Shown: positions 1 through 8,161 of the stretch, one piece after another
How the letters are laid out: each line of letters begins with the position of its first letter
Numbering within the stretch: the stretch's first letter is position 1
Source of the DNA: an uncultured Verrucomicrobiae bacterium
Lineage (GTDB): Bacteria > Verrucomicrobiota > Verrucomicrobiia > Limisphaerales > Palsa-1400
DNA length: 64,000 nt
Assembly: GCA_963764165.1 (NCBI GenBank)
Contig: CAVXRD010000002.1
Location: 768,001 to 832,000 of the forward strand
Direction: 5' to 3'
Program-made: the position numbers and the translations under genes
The notes under the pieces: generated by a model
The model's database searches: none
What the model saw: only the letters and a program-made list of their open reading frames with translations
Told to the model about the DNA's origin: nothing

Positions 1-1
1 G

Positions 2-406
2 GCGGACGCGACCTCAGCAAATAACGGCTGGGATCAAGCCATCGGAATCGCTCAAGACGTGGTCCGGGCCACTGGACTTTTTGACCTTCTCGGTGGCCTA
101 GGCATAGGAGCTCTTCCGAAGCCCTGTAACCTTCACCGTCCCTATATTCGGCAAGGGGTTATGGACGACGTAAAAGCTCGTGCGCCGCGAGCCCCAGATG
201 GCCGGTTTATTGATCCGAATACGCTGCAACCGACCGATGATCCTGTATTGGGTCACAAACCTGGATATGAGTTTTGGCGGTTGAAGGCAGCAGCAGAGGC
301 GGAAAATGTTTCCCAACAGATGTTTAATGAGACGCTAAACAATCCCGAATTTTACCAGATTGAAGACAAAGCGGTCAATGCAAGCCACCAATATGAACAA
401 CCGTAA
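2..406 (+). CDS. C-terminal toxin domain of a polymorphic (probably Rhs) toxin, GH-E family HNH/EndoVII nuclease; 5' end outside window
   Basis: Frame open from the window edge. Motifs LGHKPGYEF...NNPEFYQIEDKAVNASHQYE match the GH-E pattern. Overlaps a downstream immunity-type gene. Confidence 0.8.
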   Translation, partial: ADATSANNGWDQAIGIAQDVVRATGLFDLLGGLGIGALPKPCNLHRPYIRQGVMDDVKARAPRAPDGRFIDPNTLQPTDDPVLGHKPGYEFWRLKAAAEAENVSQQMFNETLNNPEFYQIEDKAVNASHQYEQP

Positions 407-902
407 ATCACAACATGAATTTCAAACTAACCATAATCTTCTCGCAGCCGTCGAAAAGAACGACATTCCAACAGTGCGACAACTGCTTGAAGCTGGCTAC
501 GACGCAAACGAGAGAGATCGGGGGATGAGCACGCCTCTCATGAGAGCTGCCTTTCACGGATACAGTGACCTATTAACATTATTGCTTGGCTTTGGAGCAG
601 ACGCGAATTTGGTAGACAAACTGGGCAAGACAGCCCTGCACTACGCGGCTCAGGAACAACACGAAACCGCAACCAAGATCCTTCTGGATGGCGGTGCCCC
701 GCTAAACGCTCAAGACAATTACGGCAATGCCCCTCTGCACAACGCAGTTTATTATTCGCTCGGTCGCGGAGCAACAATTAGATTGCTCCGTGAGCGTGGT
801 GCTAATGAAAACCTACAAAATGGCAGCGGCGTTACCCCGCTTGACCTTGCCAAAACGATCGCCAATTACGACGTGCTTCAGCATTTTGGTAACAAGAAGT
901 AA
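393..902 (+). CDS. Ankyrin-repeat protein, putative cognate immunity protein
   Basis: Ankyrin repeats (TPLMRAA, GKTALHYAA, GNAPLHNAV, GVTPLDLA). ATG 393 overlaps the toxin 3' end. Confidence 0.85.
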   Translation: MNNRKSQHEFQTNHNLLAAVEKNDIPTVRQLLEAGYDANERDRGMSTPLMRAAFHGYSDLLTLLLGFGADANLVDKLGKTALHYAAQEQHETATKILLDGGAPLNAQDNYGNAPLHNAVYYSLGRGATIRLLRERGANENLQNGSGVTPLDLAKTIANYDVLQHFGNKK

Positions 903-907
903 TAAGT

Positions 908-1288
908 GAACTGTACGAGCCAACCATAGCACGCGAGGTGCCATGAAAATGAACGCTGGCGCAGCATCCTCCTTCGCCAAGGCTGCGGCGGGACAAGTCT
1001 CGGCTGCGAAACACATCTGCGATTGCATGAAAGCTCACCTACGTCAGACTGAACACCCAAACCCCTTGCCCCCTCGTGGCGCTGTCTCGGTTAACCATGG
1101 GCTTTTCACTCTCGGTGCCCGGATTGTCTTCGGTAATGGATACGACTGCCCCAGCTATGTCGAACAACATCGTGCCGGATTGCAATGCGCGGCGCAACTG
1201 ATAAGCTTTTCGCCGCATGATTTGGCGCGTCATCATGTTCTGGTTATTGGCGGCATTTTCCGCCGTGGCCGATTTGCCGCGTCACTCC
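908..1288 (+). repeat. Inter-cassette direct repeat, copy 1 (leader plus signal-peptide segment)
   Basis: Begins GAACTGTACGAGCCAACC, ends in codons for MIWRVIMFWLLAAFSAVADLPRHS. Homologous to 4352, 5232 and 7654. Confidence 0.95.
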
Positions 1289-3712
1289 TCTCTTGGCTCT
1301 CTTCAAGTCGAGCAGTTCGCCTATAACGGGTTGGATGAACTGAACCTTCTCGCGGATGGCAACAGCCACACCACCTCGTGGGCATTTAATCAATACGGCT
1401 GGCGCATAGGAAAGACAAATGCCACCGGGACAAACATCATCAATTACACTCGCGATGCCAATGGCCGGGTGACAAATCGTTGGATGATGGGCACCAACAC
1501 CGGTTACAAGCTGGACGCGGTTGGCAACGTCACCAACATCGTCTATCCCGCCACCAACATTGCGATCGGGTATGACGCCGTCAACCGGCCAACCAACATG
1601 ATGGACATTTCGGGCACGGCTTCGTTTACCTGGACGCCGACCAGCCACTTAGCCAGCGAAACGGGGCTGTGGGCCAGCGATACCACCAGCTACGGATACA
1701 GCCAGGGCCACCGCACCAACCTGAACCTTTCCCAACCCTCCGGCTCATGGAACCAAACTTATCTCTACGACGCCGCCTGGCGCATGACTGGGATTGGTTC
1801 GCCCGCTGGAAGTTTCACATATCAATACGCTAGCGGGGCCAATCAATACAGGGTTGGCGGCATTCTTCTTCCCAACGGCGCGAGCATCGTCAACCAGTAT
1901 GACAACCTGAGCCGGCTGACCAACACGGCACTCCTCGATCATTGGGGCCATGTGCTGGATGGTTACGTTTATGGCTTGGACGCCCTCGGGCAAAAGACGA
2001 ACCTTACCCGCCAGCTTGGGCTATCTACAAACAATGTGGCGGCGGGTTACGACGCCATCGGCCAAATAACGAATTGGGCGGGAAAGGAAGCTGGCGGCGC
2101 GAATCGCCAGAACGAGCAGATGGCCTACGGTTACGATCTGGCCGACAACCTGATTTCCCGCACCAACAACGCGCTGGTGCAAACGTTCACGGTGGATTCG
2201 TTGAATCAGTTAAACAACGTGTCTCGCAGCGGCACCTTCACCGTGAGCGGCGCATTGCCTGCTCCACCCGCCAGCGTCACGGTCAACGGAGCCGCCGCGC
2301 AAACCAACGGAGACTTCACCTTTGCCGCGACCAACAACACGCTGGCCAATGGCAATAACACCTTCACCATCATTGCCGAAAATATTTATGGCACCAATGT
2401 GACCAACGTTCTCTCGGTGAATCTGCCCGCCACCGTCACATTTCAATACGACGCCAACGGAAATTTAACTAGCGACGGAACAAGAACATTCCAATACGAC
2501 GCGGAAAACCAACTGACCAACGTCAATGTGAGCGGCCAATGGCAGGTTGGCTACGTATATGACGGCTTGGGGCGTCGGCGCATCCGCCGGGCTTACGCGT
2601 GGCAAAGCGGCTGGTCGCTCACCAACGAAACCCGCTACATTTACGACGGCCCCTTGGTCATTCAGGAGCGCGACACTAACAATAACATCCTAGTCACTTA
2701 CACTCGCGGACTGGACTTGAGCGGCAGCTTGTTTGGGGCGGGAGGGATCGGGGGATTGCTGGCCCGCACCGACACGAATGGCACGCTGTATTATCACTGC
2801 GATGGCGGTGGAAACATCACCGCGTTGATGGACGAATACCAGAGGATCGTCGCCCGCTACGAGTATGATGCCTACGGGCGGCTGATCGGCATGTGGGGTT
2901 CGCTGGCCTCAGCCAACACCTATCGCTTTTCGAGCAAGGAATACGACGCGCTGTCGGGCCTCTACTACTACGGACACCGCTATTACGACCCCGCGCTGCA
3001 AAGGTGGCCAAATCCCGACCCGATTGGAGAGGCGGGAGGGATTAATCTTTACCGAGCTATGAGAAATAATCCAATGCGGTGGGTTGATCCGTTTGGATTG
3101 GACAACATGTACAACATGGCTGCTGGTAACAACGCCCCTCCTTCAATGGTCGTTTCGGCCAATCCATCTCTCGGCGAAGCACCTACGGTGACCTATCAAG
3201 GAAGTCAAGGGGATCTTTTCCTGATAGGTGAATTTAGCACGGCTGCCGGAACCGTGGCCGCAGCCTCTATCATGGGGCTTATCGCGGGCGGCGTTCCACC
3301 AGACCAAGCCATTATGCTTGTAGAGCAAGCGTATGAAAAACTAGTTAACAATGCGTCCCCGCAGCCATCTCAGAACAATTGCCCTAATAATACTTCGCCG
3401 ATTAAAACCCCGCTAATGGGAATGGCGAAACCTAACAATGGTGGAGGGCCACCACATGGAGGGAGTCTTCATGATCAAATGATAAACGATTTTATTGACA
3501 ACCTTCCGGACGAGGCGGATAATATCAGGAAAAATCAGCAGCAAGTGGACTTTTTCGGTAATCCCGTCGGCAACAATAGGCCGGACGTTCAATATGATTT
3601 GGATGGCGTGCATTATAACATCGAATTCGATATGAATTGGATGAAAAGCATTACGCATTTTGATGAAATATTTGAGAATGACTCGGTAAGTTCAATCGAA
3701 ATCCACTTTTAA
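1217..3712 (+). CDS. Rhs/YD-repeat toxin (N-truncated core with signal peptide), C-terminal putative PD-(D/E)xK-like nuclease
   Basis: YD repeats; Rhs core end PDPIGEAGGINLY...NNPMRWVDPFGL; CT from about 3101 with NQQQVD...NRPDVQY...NIEFD. Confidence 0.9.
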   Translation: MIWRVIMFWLLAAFSAVADLPRHSSLGSLQVEQFAYNGLDELNLLADGNSHTTSWAFNQYGWRIGKTNATGTNIINYTRDANGRVTNRWMMGTNTGYKLDAVGNVTNIVYPATNIAIGYDAVNRPTNMMDISGTASFTWTPTSHLASETGLWASDTTSYGYSQGHRTNLNLSQPSGSWNQTYLYDAAWRMTGIGSPAGSFTYQYASGANQYRVGGILLPNGASIVNQYDNLSRLTNTALLDHWGHVLDGYVYGLDALGQKTNLTRQLGLSTNNVAAGYDAIGQITNWAGKEAGGANRQNEQMAYGYDLADNLISRTNNALVQTFTVDSLNQLNNVSRSGTFTVSGALPAPPASVTVNGAAAQTNGDFTFAATNNTLANGNNTFTIIAENIYGTNVTNVLSVNLPATVTFQYDANGNLTSDGTRTFQYDAENQLTNVNVSGQWQVGYVYDGLGRRRIRRAYAWQSGWSLTNETRYIYDGPLVIQERDTNNNILVTYTRGLDLSGSLFGAGGIGGLLARTDTNGTLYYHCDGGGNITALMDEYQRIVARYEYDAYGRLIGMWGSLASANTYRFSSKEYDALSGLYYYGHRYYDPALQRWPNPDPIGEAGGINLYRAMRNNPMRWVDPFGLDNMYNMAAGNNAPPSMVVSANPSLGEAPTVTYQGSQGDLFLIGEFSTAAGTVAAASIMGLIAGGVPPDQAIMLVEQAYEKLVNNASPQPSQNNCPNNTSPIKTPLMGMAKPNNGGGPPHGGSLHDQMINDFIDNLPDEADNIRKNQQQVDFFGNPVGNNRPDVQYDLDGVHYNIEFDMNWMKSITHFDEIFENDSVSSIEIHF

Positions 3713-3722
3713 AGAGGTAAAT

Positions 3723-4343
3723 ATGTTTAACGGCTTTGAGGCTATACCAATTAATTGTCTTTGGGCAGAACCAGATAGCCTGATGGAATTTATTAGAGTA
3801 ATGAAATTAGAGAGTGGCTCTGAATGGAGCTTTGAGAAAAAGCCTTTAGATTTAAATAGTATCTACATTTCAGCTCCGCCTAAAGGCGGCGCGCACCTAC
3901 CGCGCTTTGCGGTTTGGCAGCCTAGCTGCATGTCGTTCGGCTCCGTTTTGATTGCTAATCACGAAGACGGACTTATTCAAACGATGCGGCATCTAAACAA
4001 AAGGCACGCAATTCCGTACTTTTCTGCCTTTCTCTCCCGCAATCATAGAAAGCAAGGCTTCTGCTATTTCGAGTATAGGGGCGAATCTCGGTCAGACCGG
4101 GTGGTATACGTCATACGCGACCCGAGATGGAAGTTCTTCGAAAAGGGCGGGAGGCTACCTTTTGAAAATCCTGAACGCTATGGGGCGAAGCGGATCGCAG
4201 ATCGCCTTACACCGTCCATTTTGGTCGAATATTTGAAGTCGCTCCATTGGAATCTCGAATCAGAAGATTTTTGGAAAAGCAAAAAGGACGCTTGGCTTGG
4301 ACGACGACTAAGCTTTAAAAGAGGACCGGTCGACATCCCATAA
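3723..4343 (+). CDS. Putative immunity protein for the 1217 toxin
   Basis: 10 nt after the toxin stop with a GAGG RBS; AT-richer; motif RWKFFEKG..LPFENPERY..KRIADRL resembles toxin-adjacent immunity proteins. Confidence 0.7.
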   Translation: MFNGFEAIPINCLWAEPDSLMEFIRVMKLESGSEWSFEKKPLDLNSIYISAPPKGGAHLPRFAVWQPSCMSFGSVLIANHEDGLIQTMRHLNKRHAIPYFSAFLSRNHRKQGFCYFEYRGESRSDRVVYVIRDPRWKFFEKGGRLPFENPERYGAKRIADRLTPSILVEYLKSLHWNLESEDFWKSKKDAWLGRRLSFKRGPVDIP

Positions 4344-4351
4344 AATAAACG

Positions 4352-4769
4352 GAACTGTACGAGCCAACCATAGCACGCGGGGTGCCATGAAAACGAACGC
4401 TGGCGCAGCATCCTCCTTCGCCAAGGCTACGGCGGGACAAGTCTCGGCTACGAAACACATCCCCAATTGGATGAAAGCTCGCCTACATCAAACTGAACAC
4501 CCAACCCGCCGTCGCTGCGCTATGGCGCGGCAAGACGCCTGCCCACCTCGTGGCGCTGGTTCCCTCGCCAAAGCTTTAGCGGCGGCGGGTGCCGGTCAAC
4601 CAAGGGCATTGTCGGAGGTTTTTCACTCTCGGTGCCCGGATCCTCTTCGGTAATGGATGCGACTGCTCCAGCTATGTCCGTAAGCATCATGCTGGATTGC
4701 AATGCGCGGTGCACCCGCTAAACTCAACTCCGCATGATATGGCGCGTCATTTTCTGCTGGCTGCTGGCG
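4352..4769 (+). repeat. Inter-cassette direct repeat, copy 2
   Basis: Near-identical to copy 4 over the first ~270 bp. Contains all three mini-elements. Confidence 0.95.
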
Positions 4770-4823
4770 CTGCATTCGCAGCGCGCCTTTGCGGGCGCAT
4801 GCACGGAAAGGGGTCGCACATAA
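4734..4823 (+). pseudogene. Leader-encoded signal-peptide ORF with no Rhs fused (29 aa)
   Basis: MIWRVIFCWLLALHSQRAFAGACTERGRT* read directly from the sequence. Confidence 0.55.
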
Positions 4824-4926
4824 CCACATATTTTGCGATTGACTGATCGAGAATGCAGCCGCAGCCTGCCATTCGCATAGCCGAGGATCACGCAATATGC
4901 TATTAAGTGGAACTGCCCCCTTTCTT

Positions 4927-5223
4927 ATGAATAATAGAAAAGAAGAGGTATTAGTGGCACTTCAGCAAGCGCTACTGGGCGAGGTTAGTGCTCGCTTGCG
5001 GGCGGTCACGGTTACTTACAACGAGACAAGCGTGCACTTTGATTGTTATTACGATGGAGAAATTGCCGAGGACGACCTGGAGTCAATGTCATGTGTGGAA
5101 GGTGAACTAATTGCTTGGTTTCCAGAAACCCATAAGGTTACATATCAGGTACATCGAAAAGATTATCCGACTTTGGTTCCTAAGGACAAAGTGTGCGCGT
5201 TTTATCGAAAGGAGCCTCTTTAA
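4927..5223 (+). CDS. Small acidic protein, putative orphan immunity protein
   Basis: Sits alone between repeat copies 2 and 3 in the immunity position (stop just before the repeat). No toxin upstream. Alternative start 4897. Confidence 0.65.
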   Translation: MNNRKEEVLVALQQALLGEVSARLRAVTVTYNETSVHFDCYYDGEIAEDDLESMSCVEGELIAWFPETHKVTYQVHRKDYPTLVPKDKVCAFYRKEPL

Positions 5224-5231
5224 GTGAATTT

Positions 5232-5571
5232 GAACTGTACGAGCCAACCATGGCACGCGAGGTGCCAAGGAAAAACGATTTGGCGCATGGAACAGCTTGT
5301 CGGCTACGAAACATATCCGGAATTGGATGAAAGCTCGCCCACCGCGTAGTGTTGTCCCGGTCAACCAGAGGCACCGTCGGAGGTTTTTTCACTCTCGGTG
5401 CCCGGATGGTCTTCGGTAATGGATGCGACTGCTCCAGCTATGTCGACCGACATCATGCCGGATTGCAATGCGCGGCGCAACTGTTAAACTTCTCACCGCA
5501 TGATTTGGCGCGTCATTTTCTGCTGGCTGCTGGCGACAACGTTCGCCCATGCCAGCCTTCCGCGCCATTCT
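5232..5571 (+). repeat. Inter-cassette direct repeat, copy 3 (shortest, no mini-elements)
   Basis: Same start motif and same 3' core. Ends in codons for MIWRVIFCWLLATTFAHASLPRHS. Confidence 0.95.
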
Positions 5572-7329
5572 GCCATGGGCTTGCGCACGAACATGACCCG
5601 GCAATTGGGCATGGCCATCAACAGCATCGCCATTGGTTACGACGGGATTTCTGAAGTGACCAGTTGGATCGGAAAGGAGACCACCGGACAGCCGCGCTGG
5701 AACGAACAGATCCATTACAGCTACGACGCGGCGGGAAACATGCTCTATCGAAGCAACAACTGGACTGTCCTTTCGATTGGCTCCTACAACAACATTAATG
5801 AGCCGAGCGATTATGTCACTTCCGGTTCATTTACCGCCGTCGGTTCCCTGAGCGCGCCCGCCACCAACGTCACCATCAACGGCTACGCCGCCGAGGTCTA
5901 CTCCGACCTGACCTTCGCGAATACGAATATTGCCATTGATTATTACCAGACCGGTTATTTCACCAACGTCGCCCAAAACATCTACGGACTCAAAACGACC
6001 AACCAATACGCCGTCACTTGGATCAATCCATTTGATTACAATCCAGACGGCTCGACGGACGGCGCCTCGTCGATTTATTTCACCTATGATGAGTTTGGCC
6101 ATGTGGCCGACATCTCCTATGGGGACGCATCCGGCTACCACTACGCGCAATTGACCTGGGATGGCCTGGGCCGGTGCCGCAGTGTGCAGTATTATACCTT
6201 GACCAACGATTCCACTGGCAACTGGTGGGTGGGGCCGTTCAATCAAGTCCGGTATATTTACGACGGAATGGCCGTGGTGCAGGAGCGGGATTCCAACAAC
6301 ACGCCGCTGGTCACCTATACCCGCGGATTGGACATGAGCGGGAGCCTGCAAGGAGCTGGAGGAATAGGCGGATTGCTGGCCCGCACCGACAGCAACGGCC
6401 CGGCTTTCGATCACGCTGATGGGAACGGCAATGTCACCGCCCTCATGGACAGCTACCAGCGCATCGCGGCGCGATATGAATATGACCCGTATGGAAGGCT
6501 GCTGGGCAAATGGGGCCGATTGGCAGATGCCAACACCTACCGGTTTTCGAGCAAGCAATATTTCCAGGCCTTCGGCATGTATAACTTTGACTGCCGCTTT
6601 TACATGCCAGAAATGGCTCGCTGGCCAAATCCAGACCCGATTGGAGAAGCAGGCGGGATTAACCTTTATGGGTTTGTTGGGAACAATCCCGTCAACTTTG
6701 TCGATACTTTTGGCTTAACTACTTATTACCGAGAAACTCCATTCAACCAAGATCAAGCCGGCTCGTATGGGCCATACTCCTTTACTGTCGACGACGGCTC
6801 CGACAACGCAGAATATTCAAGTTGGACCACTGACCCTGAGTTTTTCGGTAACGATGCGATGGAGACGCAGGACGGGATGCTCATGGCTATGGTTGCACCT
6901 ATAGCCGACCCTGTCGGAATGGCCTTTGGCGCGGCCTTTGAATTTCTTTCGAAACCTATCGCGGACGCCCTCGAGTCCCTCGGTTTGCGAAAGCCTCCCA
7001 TTCCAAAAACGCCTAAAGCGTCTCCGTGTCCGGTATCAATTAAACCTGAGCCCAAGATCACCCTTTATCGTCAGGGAAATCCTAACACCGTTTATTCCCC
7101 CACCAGAGCTACATCGTTAAGCAAGAGCCCCGACCTGATGCATTACGATCCGAAAGGCCAGCTTTTGCAATTTGAAATTCCTCAAAGCGTTTACAATCAG
7201 TGGATGAAGGATGGTCTAATTGATACCTACAGCGACCTTCACGCACTCTCAGGAATAATCACATCAGAAGTGAAAGTTTTGCCACCAGCATCTGGACAAC
7301 TGAATCAATATCAAGTTAAACCTCAATGA
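5500..7329 (+). CDS. Rhs toxin (more strongly truncated core with signal peptide), C-terminal putative ADP-ribosyltransferase-like domain
   Basis: Rhs core end PDPIGEAGGINLYGFVGNNPVNFVDTFGL; CT from about 6718 with TLYR...TSLS...SEVKV. Confidence 0.88.
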   Translation: MIWRVIFCWLLATTFAHASLPRHSAMGLRTNMTRQLGMAINSIAIGYDGISEVTSWIGKETTGQPRWNEQIHYSYDAAGNMLYRSNNWTVLSIGSYNNINEPSDYVTSGSFTAVGSLSAPATNVTINGYAAEVYSDLTFANTNIAIDYYQTGYFTNVAQNIYGLKTTNQYAVTWINPFDYNPDGSTDGASSIYFTYDEFGHVADISYGDASGYHYAQLTWDGLGRCRSVQYYTLTNDSTGNWWVGPFNQVRYIYDGMAVVQERDSNNTPLVTYTRGLDMSGSLQGAGGIGGLLARTDSNGPAFDHADGNGNVTALMDSYQRIAARYEYDPYGRLLGKWGRLADANTYRFSSKQYFQAFGMYNFDCRFYMPEMARWPNPDPIGEAGGINLYGFVGNNPVNFVDTFGLTTYYRETPFNQDQAGSYGPYSFTVDDGSDNAEYSSWTTDPEFFGNDAMETQDGMLMAMVAPIADPVGMAFGAAFEFLSKPIADALESLGLRKPPIPKTPKASPCPVSIKPEPKITLYRQGNPNTVYSPTRATSLSKSPDLMHYDPKGQLLQFEIPQSVYNQWMKDGLIDTYSDLHALSGIITSEVKVLPPASGQLNQYQVKPQ

Positions 7330-7655
7330 TGAGCGTATTCAAAAGCAAAGACATATTCTGCTGTGCTGGTTTCAAAAATCGGATTGAGGCCGCTGGCGGG
7401 CGCGGAATTGCGATTCTAGCGAATCAAACTGCAACTGGAGTTATATTTCTACTGCAGTCGCGTGGAATTGCGTTCGAAGATGTAAAAAGAATTGAACCAA
7501 ATTCCGATTTGCCAGACATTACGATAAACGTTTCCTACGAGGTAGGACTTCAATACTGTCCATGGTGCGGTCGTCAACTTCAAGAGCTAGTTGATGCTTC
7601 GCCAGCGGCCTTCGAGCAGCTCGCGAACAACAATAGATGCTTTTTGATGAAGTGA
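7326..7655 (+). CDS. Putative immunity protein, Cys-motif (CC...CPWCG)
   Basis: ATGA overlap with the toxin stop. FCCAGF and YCPWCG suggest zinc binding. Confidence 0.72.
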   Translation: MMSVFKSKDIFCCAGFKNRIEAAGGRGIAILANQTATGVIFLLQSRGIAFEDVKRIEPNSDLPDITINVSYEVGLQYCPWCGRQLQELVDASPAAFEQLANNNRCFLMK

Positions 7656-8091
7656 ACTGTACGAGCCAACCATAGCACGCGGGGTGCCATGAAAACGAAC
7701 GCTGGCGCAGCATGCTCCTTCGCCAAGGCTACGGCGGGACAAGTCTCGGCTACGAAACACATCCCCAATTGGATGAAAGCTCGCCTACATCAAACTGAAC
7801 ACCCAACCCGCCGTCGCTGCGCTATGGCGCGGCAAGACGCCTGCCCACCTCGTGGCGCTGGTTCCCTCGCCAAAGCTTTAGCGGCGGCGGGTGCCGGTCA
7901 ACCAAGGGCATTGTCGGAGGTTCTTTCACTCTCAACGCCCGGATCGTCTTCGGTAATGGATGCGACTACTCCAGCTATGTCGACCGACATCATGCCGGAT
8001 TGCAATGCGCGGAGCAACTGATAAGCTTCCCGCCGCATGATTTGGCGCGTCATTTTCTGCTGGCTGCTGGCGACAACGTTCCACGCCATTC
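7654..8091 (+). repeat. Inter-cassette direct repeat, copy 4 (terminal, empty)
   Basis: Overlaps the immunity stop codon. Leader ORF 8037-8210 runs into unrelated sequence. Confidence 0.95.
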
Positions 8092-8161
8092 CGCATTCGC
8101 AAGATTCTCCTCCCTTGACCGATTCAACTCGGCAGCGTGAAGGTCCAGCCCGAGAACCGCG

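Noticed and set aside
393..4941. Two immunity genes both start MNNRK
   Set aside because: Codons differ and there is no further similarity; treated as coincidence.
2630..6717. Similar Rhs core ends as a DGR template/variable pair
   Set aside because: Differences are not adenine-specific and there is no reverse transcriptase; this is ordinary paralogy.
943..8021. ORFs 943-1326, 4387-4653, 4589-4846, 5349-5654 and 7689-8021 as genes
   Set aside because: They are translations of the repeat; frames differ between copies because of indels and mini-element insertions.
908..8091. Repeats as integron attC sites or a CRISPR array
   Set aside because: Too long (340-440 bp), no RYYYAAC/GTTRRRY complementary ends, and no integrase or cas genes in the window.
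908..8091. Repeat as an IS or MITE
   Set aside because: No terminal inverted repeats, target duplications or transposase seen; the 3' end is coding.
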